Assembly (NCBI GenBank): GCA_963726745.1
Contig: CAVSDR010000004.1
Coordinates: forward strand, 192,001-256,000
Source: an uncultured Verrucomicrobiae bacterium
Lineage (GTDB): Bacteria; Verrucomicrobiota; Verrucomicrobiia; Chthoniobacterales; UBA10450
Reading direction: 5' to 3'
DNA length: 64,000 nt
The number at the start of each line of letters is the position of its first letter. Position 1 is the first letter of the stretch. The position numbers and the translations under genes were made by a program. Of this stretch, positions 50,689-59,542 are shown piece by piece. The notes below the pieces were generated by a model. That model was not told where the DNA came from. It saw only the letters and a program-made list of their open reading frames with translations, and searched no databases.

Positions 50689-53600
50689 CTACGGCAGGCG
50701 GTAGACTTCCACCAAGCCCACGCCGACGGCTCCGCCCTTCCCGCGCACGATCGCGGTGTAATTGCCGGGCGGCAGCGAAACGACCAGGGCCGATTCCCGC
50801 GGGTCTCCCGGAATAACGCCGGTTTGCGTGATCTCTGCCTCCTGGCTCTCCTGCCAGTCGTCGTTCAGCGTGACATTGCCGTTGCTGTCGTAGAACGATA
50901 GCGTCGTGTCCGGCAAGGGGTCGGCTACGCCCTGCCGCCCGAGCGACGGCCCAAGCGCGCGCAGCAAAACATTCCGCCGCCCACTGCCGCCGTTGACGAT
51001 GAACCCACCGATCATGACGTTGTCGCCGTTTTCCACGCGAGTGCGGCTGGAGACGTTGGCCAAGGTGGCCCGGGCGGACGGATCCAGATCGTAGACTTCG
51101 ACCAGGCCGACGCCGCTCGTGCCATCCTGCCCGCGCACGATCGCGGTGTAACCGCCCGGAGCGAGGGTCGCGACGATGGCCGCTTCTCGGTCAAAATGTG
51201 GCGGCAAAGTGCTCGCTTCGATCTCCGCCTTTTGATTTTGCTTCCAGTCGTCGTTGAAGATGACTGAGCCATCCGGCTGGTGCAGTTCGAGCGTGGGGTT
51301 TTCTAAAAAACCGCTGACGCCATGGGTTCCAAGCTCCGGACCCAACGCGCGAAGCAACACTTTCTTCGGCTCGGCCCCAGTAATGATGAAGCCCGCAATC
51401 ATCACATTGTCCCCCGTCTGCACGCGACCGCGGGTGGAAATATTGCGCAGCTCTGGAAACGGGGTGGGCGTTGGGGTGGGCGTTGCAGTCGGAGTGGGCG
51501 TAATCGTCGGGCTCGGCGTCGCAGTCGGCGTGGGCGTTGCAGTCGGTGTGGGCGTTGCAGTCGGAGTGGGCGTCGCGGTCGGCGTGGGCGTCGGCAACGG
51601 CGGGGCTGCGAGCGTCACCACGTTGCTCCAGGGCGAACTGAGCGAGGGACTGTCGGCTTTAATTCGGAATTCGTAGCTCTCGTTAGGCACGAGCGCATTA
51701 TCGGCAAAGGAGGTCGCGTTCTGCGCGATGCTGGACGAGACGTCTTCCCAGTATGCCGCCCCGATGATTCGCCGCTGGAGGGTGAAACCCGTCTCGAGAG
51801 ATTGCTCGCTCCAGTTAAGGGTCGCGCCGGCCCCATCCGCCGCGCGGGTGCCGGAGAGAGCGGGCGCGGGCATGGCGGCCGGGCCGGCCAGCGAGAAAAA
51901 TCCGATGGCCGCGCCGACCTGCGCCACGAGCTTGTCGGTAGTGGAATTGTAAGCGCTCACGGTGGTGTCGCTCGGCATTCCGTAGGCAATCACGCCAGTC
52001 TCGGTGAGGTAGATATTCTTTTGCCCGAAGGCGTAGCGGCCATCTTTGCTCGCGGCGTAGATAAAGTCCCGCAGATTGGTCACGCCCACGAGGTTGGGAT
52101 CGTAGGCTTCGCCGTTCCAGAAAATGCGGCTGCCATCTTCCGATGCCACAACGACGCGCGAACCGTAGTAGCCGTAGGGATTGATCCGAGCAGCGCCCAG
52201 TTCGCTGAAGCGATCGCCGGTCAGGTCGAGTTTATGCAATTGGGCGCCCGAAGAGTTGTCGTCCCCGTGATAATAATAACGACCGGTCGGATCGGTCGCG
52301 CCGCCGCCCTGGCGCTGGAAGCTATTGGCCAGTTTCGTTCCCGCGTTGGTGTCGAAAATCGAGACATTGATCCACTGATCATACTCCTCCACGATGACCC
52401 GCCCCGCGCCGCTGGCGGTCACGCGAAAGACATCGTTGCTCGACGAGCCGACCGCGCCCGCCGGACTGAATCCATAGGTCCGCGCGAGCGCGAAGGAGGC
52501 GCGGTCCACCGCGAGCAGGCTGCCGCCCTTCCAATTCGGGACGTAGATGCGGTTTTCCGGTAAATGCAGCGCCAGATCCGTCACGGAATTTCCCACCGCC
52601 AGGACCCGCGTCACCGCCTGGCTCGCGCTATCGATCTCCAACAAGTAGGCCACTGTCGGAGTAACCGAAGGGTCTTCACTCACGCCGTAGACCATGGCCG
52701 ACGATCGATCTGACTTCAGGATGGTGAGCTTTAGCGGATCGACCCGCAGTTGCACCGGAATGGAAAAGGGCCCGCCCGAGGAACCAGCGATTCGGACAGC
52801 GCCATTGTAAGTGCCCGGCGCCAGCTGCCCGGCGTTCAGGACCACGCGCAAGGTCGCCGGGGTGACCCCGCTGGTTTGCACGAACGTGATCCACGGTTCC
52901 GCCGCCGAAGCCTGCCACGCCTTCCCCGTGCTGCTCGAGTCCAGCGCGATCGGGATCGTGTGATTGGTGTGCCCGCGCACGGTCGCCGTGATGATTTGCG
53001 CCGGGCTGGCGGAAATATCGGACACCGTGAAATGGTAGACATCGCTGCGCGAAGTCTCATGCGCCGTCACCGTATCGATCCGCCAATAATAGGTCAGCCC
53101 AGCGGTCAACGGCGTGCCCAGGGTGAACTCCGGCGTGCGCGTTTCGCCGAGAAAACTGGGCGAACCCAACCCGGCCATCTGGACCGCACTCTCGGAAGTT
53201 CCGAGATAGATTTGATATTTCTCGGCCCCGGGCAGGGCGGACCAGCGCAGGCTCGCCGGCGGGAGCACGATGGAGCCATTGGCCGGTGAGAGTGTCCGCT
53301 TGAGAATCACGTCGCCGACTGCAGTGGTCAGGTTCACCGTGCCCAGGACGTGCTGCGTGGGATGGTAATAAACCAGCCGCGCATAGTCCGCGGTGATCGC
53401 CTGGACGCTGCTGGCGACCGGCAGATCGTAGACTTTGCTCCCACTCTGCACTTCGTAGATCGCCGTCTTGGTGGCTGCGATTTCACCGCCATCGCTGATC
53501 GAGTAGACCGGCGAAGGGAAACCGGATTGCGTTTGCGTAACCGCGTGCGCCAGCACCGCGAGCTGCTTTACGAAAGCCAGCCGGCCATCATTGCTGATCA

Positions 53601-54573
53601 GCACCGGCGTATCCAATGGGTCGCGCGAAAGCGTGGTCGGATACGTCGAAGTGGTCGTCTCCGCCGGCGTGAGCAGGCCGTTGGCTGCCACATTATAACG
53701 CGCGATGTAGGAACCCGCCCAGCCCGCCGTCCAGCCGTATTGCACCCAGCCGACCAGCGTCCCGCGATCCGGCGTGAGCGCAAAATCGCCGCAGCCGTAA
53801 TTATTGCTGCCACCGATGTAAACCGTCTGCAGGACCGTGCGGGTCGCCCGATCAAACACGCGCAAAGCCGGCGCCCACTCGCCGTCGGTATAGTAAAGAA
53901 TGTTCCCGCTCCCGACCTTGAGGTTCGCGCTCGTGTCGCTCTGACCCCACTCCGTGTAAGCGGGCAAGGCAATCGTCTCCTTCACCGCCCACGTCTCCAG
54001 GTTGATCACCGTCAGGGCGCGGTCCACGCTGTTGATCACGAACAACTCCGAGCCATCGTTCGAGACCGCCAGATCGGTCGGCTTGTTCCCGACGGTCACG
54101 CTCCCGAGGAGTTGCGCGTTAATCGGATCGTAAATCAACACCGCGCCGCGCAGCAGCCCGTTCTGGTGCACCGCGTAAACCCGCGAGCGAAACGGGTCAG
54201 CCAGCAATTTCACCACATTGAGCTGCGACACCGCCGCGCGCACAAAGAACGTCCGCGTATCGCCCCCCTGGGTCGCTGTGATCGTCGCCGTGTAGGAAGC
54301 ATTGATCAGCCCACTGGTGGCAAAACTGAGCCGCACACTCCTGCCCGCCGCATCCACCGAAGGCGTCACCCAGGCTGCATCCGACTGCACCCCGAGCGCG
54401 CCGTAATCGAAAGTGCCGGCGGCGTTGATCGGCACCCGCACGTCTGCGTGATTGGCCGGCGGCGCCACCACCACATCCACCTGCGAAACCGCGAAAGTGA
54501 AAGGCTCGCCCATGGCCCCGGCGCAGATGAGGAAAGAAGCCGAGACCAGAGAGAAGAAAGATGCGGCTTTCAT
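50689..54573 (-). CDS. Large secreted protein: beta-propeller regions, BACON/Ig-like and FN3-like modules, PT linker, duplicated NISTR domain
   Basis: Signal peptide MKAASFF..AMG; VGNKPTDLAVS YVTN-like; WQASAAEPWITF; YEFRIKA..SPWSN; (PTAT)n; NISTRG../NVSSRT..GVGLVEVY twice. Confidence 0.8.
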   Translation of the reverse strand: MKAASFFSLVSASFLICAGAMGEPFTFAVSQVDVVVAPPANHADVRVPINAAGTFDYGALGVQSDAAWVTPSVDAAGRSVRLSFATSGLINASYTATITATQGGDTRTFFVRAAVSQLNVVKLLADPFRSRVYAVHQNGLLRGAVLIYDPINAQLLGSVTVGNKPTDLAVSNDGSELFVINSVDRALTVINLETWAVKETIALPAYTEWGQSDTSANLKVGSGNILYYTDGEWAPALRVFDRATRTVLQTVYIGGSNNYGCGDFALTPDRGTLVGWVQYGWTAGWAGSYIARYNVAANGLLTPAETTTSTYPTTLSRDPLDTPVLISNDGRLAFVKQLAVLAHAVTQTQSGFPSPVYSISDGGEIAATKTAIYEVQSGSKVYDLPVASSVQAITADYARLVYYHPTQHVLGTVNLTTAVGDVILKRTLSPANGSIVLPPASLRWSALPGAEKYQIYLGTSESAVQMAGLGSPSFLGETRTPEFTLGTPLTAGLTYYWRIDTVTAHETSRSDVYHFTVSDISASPAQIITATVRGHTNHTIPIALDSSSTGKAWQASAAEPWITFVQTSGVTPATLRVVLNAGQLAPGTYNGAVRIAGSSGGPFSIPVQLRVDPLKLTILKSDRSSAMVYGVSEDPSVTPTVAYLLEIDSASQAVTRVLAVGNSVTDLALHLPENRIYVPNWKGGSLLAVDRASFALARTYGFSPAGAVGSSSNDVFRVTASGAGRVIVEEYDQWINVSIFDTNAGTKLANSFQRQGGGATDPTGRYYYHGDDNSSGAQLHKLDLTGDRFSELGAARINPYGYYGSRVVVASEDGSRIFWNGEAYDPNLVGVTNLRDFIYAASKDGRYAFGQKNIYLTETGVIAYGMPSDTTVSAYNSTTDKLVAQVGAAIGFFSLAGPAAMPAPALSGTRAADGAGATLNWSEQSLETGFTLQRRIIGAAYWEDVSSSIAQNATSFADNALVPNESYEFRIKADSPSLSSPWSNVVTLAAPPLPTPTPTATPTPTATPTPTATPTPTATPSPTITPTPTATPTPTPTPFPELRNISTRGRVQTGDNVMIAGFIITGAEPKKVLLRALGPELGTHGVSGFLENPTLELHQPDGSVIFNDDWKQNQKAEIEASTLPPHFDREAAIVATLAPGGYTAIVRGQDGTSGVGLVEVYDLDPSARATLANVSSRTRVENGDNVMIGGFIVNGGSGRRNVLLRALGPSLGRQGVADPLPDTTLSFYDSNGNVTLNDDWQESQEAEITQTGVIPGDPRESALVVSLPPGNYTAIVRGKGGAVGVGLVEVYRLP
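51460..51600 (-). repeat. Pro-Thr linker repeat (PTPTAT)n
   Basis: About 18-nt tandem units such as GGCGTTGCAGTCGGAGTG on the + strand. Confidence 0.85.
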
Positions 54574-54676
54574 GCGAGGGATGCGCCGAGTGCAGCGCTT
54601 TCTTCTGCAAGAAGCAAGAATTTGTCTCCACCTCCGGAACGCGTGGTGGGCCACAACGGCTTCGAACACCCGCAAG

Positions 54677-55714
54677 TCACGGACTGGTGACGTAGCGCTC
54701 ATAGGCCGCCGCGTCGTAAACCAGGTCAAGCGTCGGCACGAGCTGGAATTCGCGGCCGCCGAATTTGCGTTTGAAGACGCTGAAGTCCCACCAGGGATGC
54801 TCCGGGTTGTCCGCTGGTGAAATGCCCCAGAAGTCATACCAGGCGCAGCCGCGCGCCTTCGCTGCGCGCATGATTTCCCAATGGAGAAGATACGGCGCCA
54901 TCAGCTGCCGCTGCTCGCCTAACGAGCCGCCGTAAAAGTAAGTCGCCTTCTCGCCAAAGAAAATGACCACGGCCGCGGCCAGGCGTTTCCCTTCGTGCTC
55001 GGCGAAGAAAAAGCTGCCTGTTTTTGCCGTCGCCAGCGTCTCGTGCAGGGCCTCGAAGTAGCTATCCGGTTTTTCGCTCATCGGCTGGCGCGCGGCCGTC
55101 TCGCGGTAGATCGCGAGGAAATCAGCCAGCGCTTTGGCGGACGAATCTTCAGCCACGGTTACGCCGTGTCGCTGGGCCAGGCGGATGTTGTAGCGGCCTT
55201 TCGGCTTCATTTGCACGAGGATTTCCACTTCGGGCGGCCGCAGATCCACACAGAGGGTCTCGCGCGGCTCGAGAATCCCGTCGCTCAGCGGTGCGACCGG
55301 TTGCCATCCGCGGACGAAGGCTGGCAAAGTCGCCCAACGCGGCTCGATTCGCAGATGGCTCACGGGAAGCGGCGCGCGCGCGCGCTCCGCTGCGACTGCG
55401 TCGAGCACTGCGGCGAAGATTTGTTCCGCGGCGCCTTCATCAGGCGGCAGGATGGGCCCATCCGGGATGTAGAGGAAACACTCCCCTGGCACGCAGGAGA
55501 ACTTCATTACCAAAGCGCCGCCTAAAATCTTGCCCCCGGACCGCAGAACCGCGCCAAAATGCTCGTAACCTGCGTCGCAGCGAAACTCGGCCCACCACGA
55601 AGTCTGCATGAAGCCGCCATCGGCGCGCGCTTCTACGAACCGATCCCAGGCAGCCCAGCGATTCGGCGGCGCCACCGCGACCGGAGCTTCGGCAAGAGCG
55701 GACGAGTGGTTCAT
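54677..55714 (-). CDS. FemAB/FemX-family aminoacyl-tRNA-dependent transferase (double GNAT)
   Basis: FMQTSWWAEFR, DGP, LRIEP, MKPKGRYNIRLAQRHGV, YFYGGS..MAPYLLHWEIM..YDFWGI..FKRKFGG. Confidence 0.88.
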   Translation of the reverse strand: MNHSSALAEAPVAVAPPNRWAAWDRFVEARADGGFMQTSWWAEFRCDAGYEHFGAVLRSGGKILGGALVMKFSCVPGECFLYIPDGPILPPDEGAAEQIFAAVLDAVAAERARAPLPVSHLRIEPRWATLPAFVRGWQPVAPLSDGILEPRETLCVDLRPPEVEILVQMKPKGRYNIRLAQRHGVTVAEDSSAKALADFLAIYRETAARQPMSEKPDSYFEALHETLATAKTGSFFFAEHEGKRLAAAVVIFFGEKATYFYGGSLGEQRQLMAPYLLHWEIMRAAKARGCAWYDFWGISPADNPEHPWWDFSVFKRKFGGREFQLVPTLDLVYDAAAYERYVTSP

Positions 55715-55722
55715 GCGCGCGC

Positions 55723-56711
55723 TTAAGTGTCCGGCACGTAGGCCACGCTGACCTCGAACTTTACCGTGACCTGTTTTACCTGCCGCCGGACGGGCACGAC
55801 CTTGTGCAGCGCCGGGTTGAAGTAATCCTTCAGCATCGGAGGCCGCGGCCCGTCGACGTAATAGGCAGCCGCTTCTTCGACCACGGTATCGGCGATGACC
55901 TCGAGCTCGTCGCGCGTGGCCGCATGCTGGACCACGCAGGGAGCGTGGGAGTAGCCGAGCGCGCGCAAGGCGTAGGCGCGATGGCTGCCATTGTTCAAGA
56001 TGAGCCGGTCGCCGGAGCGAATGGCGTTGAGGAAATTTGAGCCAAAGCCGACCGCCGCGCCGACCACGCCCACGAGCGTGCCGGCGGTGCCCTGGCCGCG
56101 GAGGTGGCGCGGCTCGAGGCGCAGGGTGCGGAGAAAACGAAGGTCGTTAGACGGCGAGATGAAGATGAAAGTGTCGCGGCCGATGCGCTCCCAGGTGACC
56201 GGCGGAGACGGATGATCGTAGGGCAGGCAGAAGCGGAAAATTTCCTCCGCAGTGGGCGTCGGGCCGAGGCGTTCGAGGAGCCGGCGGACGAAGGCGAGAT
56301 CGATGCGCTTTTGATAGACCACCAGCCGGTCGAGCTCGACAAACGCGACCTCGGTCGGCACGGAGTTGAACCCGCGCTGGACCAATGGATCGCTCAAGAA
56401 CTGGAGCAAGAGCGGCTCGTAGGTGGCATCGACCGGGACCGGTTTCCGCCCGGGATGATCGGCCCAGTGGGCCTCGGATTTTTCGAGCTCCGCGACGCGC
56501 TCACGCGCAGCCTTCCACTCGGCGATGAGGACCGCTTCCTCCTCGGGCTCGACCGCCTCGTGCTGGACGAAATGGAGGAAGCTCTTGAGCGACGGACGGC
56601 CCGTGAGGTAGATGGTGTCATCGGCCGAGGCCGTCGGGGGGCGCTGGGCGATTGGTTTGGTTTGCTGGTGAATGGCGGTGGCTCCAGGGGGTTGAAGTTG
56701 CTGTCTACCAC
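55723..56711 (-). CDS. Uncharacterised enzyme with ParB/sulfiredoxin-like motif (about 329 aa after fixing a -1 indel in the C6 run near 56636-56641)
   Basis: Frame stays open upstream of the tracked TTG (..DDTIYLTGRPSLKSFLHFV..EWKAARERV..); GTG at 56711 overlaps the upstream stop; LILNNGSHRAYAL resembles ParB/Srx (L/I)xxG-x-HR. Confidence 0.7.
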
Positions 56712-59008
56712 CACGACCAAAACTCGACGCGAAAGGTGCGCGAGATCCGGCGGGTGATGAGATCGATCAAGCGCCGCTGGCCGCATTCGATCTTGGCCAT
56801 GCCGCTCATGCCGGGCTTGAGCAGGCCTGCGCGATTGTCGATCTCGGTGGTCACGAGAATGGTGTTGGCGTTCTTTCCGCTCTCCGGCACGAGCCCGCCG
56901 GCGGGGCCGCTTTTGCCGCCGGAGGCGAGCGCCGTCCCGCCTACGCCCTGCACGGTGGTGGCAATTTCAGTAACTGTGCCGGGGAAGACGCGGTCGGGAT
57001 AGGCGCGCACTTTCAGCGAAACCGTCTGGCCCTTGCGGACATCGGCGATTTCCTTCTCGGGGATGGCCATCTCCGCGGTGATGACCTTGAAGTCGAAGAC
57101 CTTCGCGATCAGGTCGCCTTTGTGGACGAGCTGGTGGCGCATCTCGCTGAGCTGGCGCGAGGGGGTGGTCACGATGCCGGCGGCGGGGCTGAGGACCTTG
57201 GTGAGGCTCAGCTGACTCTGAAGATAGGCGCGCTGGGTCTCGAGGCTGCGGACCATCGCGCGGAGCGCCTCGATTTCCTCCGGGCGGCTTCCGGCCTGGA
57301 GGAGCTGGAGTTTCTTCGAGGCTTCCGCGAGATCACTTTCGCTGCTCGCGACCAGGCGCGCGCTTTCCTCGTAATCGAGCGCGGAAAGAAGCTGCTGCTC
57401 GTTCAACTGCCGGTAACGCTCGAGGCGCGACTGGAGGAATTTCAACTGCTCCTGGTGACGCGCGACGGTGGTTTGCGCGAGCTGGATTTCCTCAAGGCGT
57501 GAGCCGGCTTCGAGGAGCCGCAGGCGGGCTTTGTTCTCGGCCACCTGCGCTTCCACTTTTTGCAGCTCCGCCTGGAGGTCGCGCCCGAAAAGCGCGGCGA
57601 TCGGCTGGCCGGCTTCCACGCGCTCGCCTTCGTCGACGTAGACCACCTCGATGATGCCCTCGATCTCCGCCCGCACGTCGGCGTTGTGGATCGGAAAGGC
57701 GCTCACCGGCCCGGCGACGCGGAGCTCCGCCTTGACTACAAACAGCAAGATGACGACGGCGGCGGCGAGGAGGATTTTCGGGAAACGACTCTTCAGGAAA
57801 CGGGAACGCCGGCGCGGCTCCGAGCGGGCGCGCTTCCCGTGGCCAAAGAGCCGGCGGAATTTTCCCTGGAAACGCACGCCGACGAGCCCGGCGAAAAGAA
57901 AGAAAGCCAGCCGCTGTCCCTGAACCACGAGGTGCTCGCCGATGAGCAGGGCCACGTAAGCGGTGAAGAGAAACGAGAAGGTCCAGGCGATGATCCCATA
58001 GATGAGAAAAACGCGGCGCTCCTGGCGCGCCACTTCCGGGAGCCCGGCGCGCCAGCCACCGAGGGTGCGCAGGAAATCGCCCAGGTAACGGAAGGCGCGC
58101 TTGCGCAAATTTACGATCCCGAGGTAATCGCTGAGCAGGTAATAGCCATCGAGCTTGATCAACGGATTGAAGTTGAAAAACGTCTTGATCCCTGAGGTGG
58201 CCATGACGATGAGCGCGATCCGGCTGATCCAGGTATCAGAGTCGGTCACGCGCCAGCAGAGCGTGGCCAGGGCCCAGATGAAGAGCTCGAGATACGGACC
58301 GGCAAACGACACCCAAAGCCGCTTCCCCTTGGAAAAAAACCACGCGTCGCTCACGTTGCAGAAGAAGGCCGGCTGGAAATAAATCAGCATGAAACCCATC
58401 TCGCGCACTTCGCCGCCGAAGTGTTTGCAGGCGAGCCCGTGGCCAAACTCGTGCGCCGTGGTCACGGCAAAGGCGACCGCAATCAGAAGCGGCAAGGTCG
58501 AGAGCCGATAGAGCTGCGAAGCATCGCCCACGATCTGGTCCCAGTGGAACGCGGAGACGGCTGCGGCGGCGAGAATGGTAGCCGCGGAAAAGACCAGGAA
58601 ACGCGCGGTGAAGGCAAATCGGACCCGCGGATAGAGCCGGTTAAGCAGCCCGTCGGGGTCGAAGAGGCGGAAGCGCAGCGTCATCAGGCCGCCGTCGAGC
58701 CGTTTCGGTTTCGCCGGCGCGCGGTGACCTTTGGCTCCGTTCTCGAGCAGGCTGTTTTTAGCCAGCGTTTTGACAAACGCATTCAGCTCTTCCGGCGGGA
58801 GCGTGGCGCCAAATTTATTCTCCACCCGGTGATTGACCACGTGCAGCGGCGTTTCGCCGTCGAGCTGCTCGGCGATGAAGCGTTCCGCCGCGCGCAGGCG
58901 GTAGAATTGCCGGCTTAGCGGATCCTTGATCACGAGCACGGTGCCCTCGGCCGTGCTTTGCAGACGGCGGTCGAGATCGCCGCGCAATTTCGGCAGGGTC
59001 GCGATCAT
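56705..59008 (-). CDS. PqqD/RRE-like domain + M50 (site-2) Zn peptidase + HlyD membrane-fusion protein fusion
   Basis: N-terminal VIKDPLSRQFYRL..FIAEQLDG..EELNAFV; HEFGH and NFNPLIKLDGY; VDEGERVEAGQPI, coiled coil, SPAAGIV, LKPGMSG. Confidence 0.88.
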   Translation of the reverse strand: MIATLPKLRGDLDRRLQSTAEGTVLVIKDPLSRQFYRLRAAERFIAEQLDGETPLHVVNHRVENKFGATLPPEELNAFVKTLAKNSLLENGAKGHRAPAKPKRLDGGLMTLRFRLFDPDGLLNRLYPRVRFAFTARFLVFSAATILAAAAVSAFHWDQIVGDASQLYRLSTLPLLIAVAFAVTTAHEFGHGLACKHFGGEVREMGFMLIYFQPAFFCNVSDAWFFSKGKRLWVSFAGPYLELFIWALATLCWRVTDSDTWISRIALIVMATSGIKTFFNFNPLIKLDGYYLLSDYLGIVNLRKRAFRYLGDFLRTLGGWRAGLPEVARQERRVFLIYGIIAWTFSFLFTAYVALLIGEHLVVQGQRLAFFLFAGLVGVRFQGKFRRLFGHGKRARSEPRRRSRFLKSRFPKILLAAAVVILLFVVKAELRVAGPVSAFPIHNADVRAEIEGIIEVVYVDEGERVEAGQPIAALFGRDLQAELQKVEAQVAENKARLRLLEAGSRLEEIQLAQTTVARHQEQLKFLQSRLERYRQLNEQQLLSALDYEESARLVASSESDLAEASKKLQLLQAGSRPEEIEALRAMVRSLETQRAYLQSQLSLTKVLSPAAGIVTTPSRQLSEMRHQLVHKGDLIAKVFDFKVITAEMAIPEKEIADVRKGQTVSLKVRAYPDRVFPGTVTEIATTVQGVGGTALASGGKSGPAGGLVPESGKNANTILVTTEIDNRAGLLKPGMSGMAKIECGQRRLIDLITRRISRTFRVEFWSWW

Positions 59009-59158
59009 GGGAGCTGGGAGCGCATCGAACAAGGAGCCGAACTTTTCCGCGTGGAGGAAGGCCGCGAGCCGGGGCCGGCAGCCTTCCCGTCACGTGGAGG
59101 TGACCCCACCGGCCACGGGAGAAACTCCCGCTGCGGGTGGTCCATCTAGCAGCGGGCG

Positions 59159-59326
59159 CTAGTGCTTGGAGCCTTTGCTGCCCTTGCTTCCTTTGGACCC
59201 CTTGCTGCCCTTGGATCCTTTGCTGCCTTTGGACCCTTTGCTGCCGGATCCGCCGCCGCCGCAGCCGAGCCGGCCGGGGGCGATGCGTTGCTCTAGTTTC
59301 TCCAGTTCAAGATTTAGATGATTCAT
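59159..59326 (-). CDS. 55-aa putative precursor peptide MNHLNLELEKLEQRIAPGRLGCGGGGS(GSK)9H (not in ORF track)
   Basis: Hand translation; GAAAGGA Shine-Dalgarno 5 nt before the ATG; synonymous codon variation across the repeats; first gene of the operon. Confidence 0.85.
   Translation of the reverse strand: MNHLNLELEKLEQRIAPGRLGCGGGGSGSKGSKGSKGSKGSKGSKGSKGSKGSKH
59165..59245 (-). repeat. Nine degenerate 9-nt repeats encoding Gly-Ser-Lys
   Basis: GGN-(AGC/TCC)-AAR x9. Confidence 0.9.
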
Positions 59327-59542
59327 CTAATTCCTTTCGCTTGAGCTTGGCGTGTTCACCCGGGCCGCACTCGCGGACCGAGCCTTGCAGTGTGCCAGGC
59401 TGCAAATTGGGGGGTGTGAAAGCTTTCGCCTTCGCGGCGATTAAACCAACCGCGAAGAAACCGGACAAGCCTTTTTTGCCCGCGCGCCGCCTTTAGTCGT
59501 TAGGCGCTTGCGTGCGAGAACCTTCCGCGGAACGTCTGCCGC

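Noticed and set aside
59381..59405. Possible sigma-54 promoter (TGGCAC...) and TTGCAG-N9-CTGCAA inverted repeat upstream of the precursor
   Set aside because: GG-to-GC spacing is one base off the -24/-12 consensus, and a 6-bp inverted repeat is too weak to call.
59137..59496. Plus-strand 119-aa Cys/Trp-repeat ORF (CCPCFLWTPCCPW...)
   Set aside because: It is the antisense shadow of the GSK repeat. The minus strand has the RBS, operon context and synonymous conservation.
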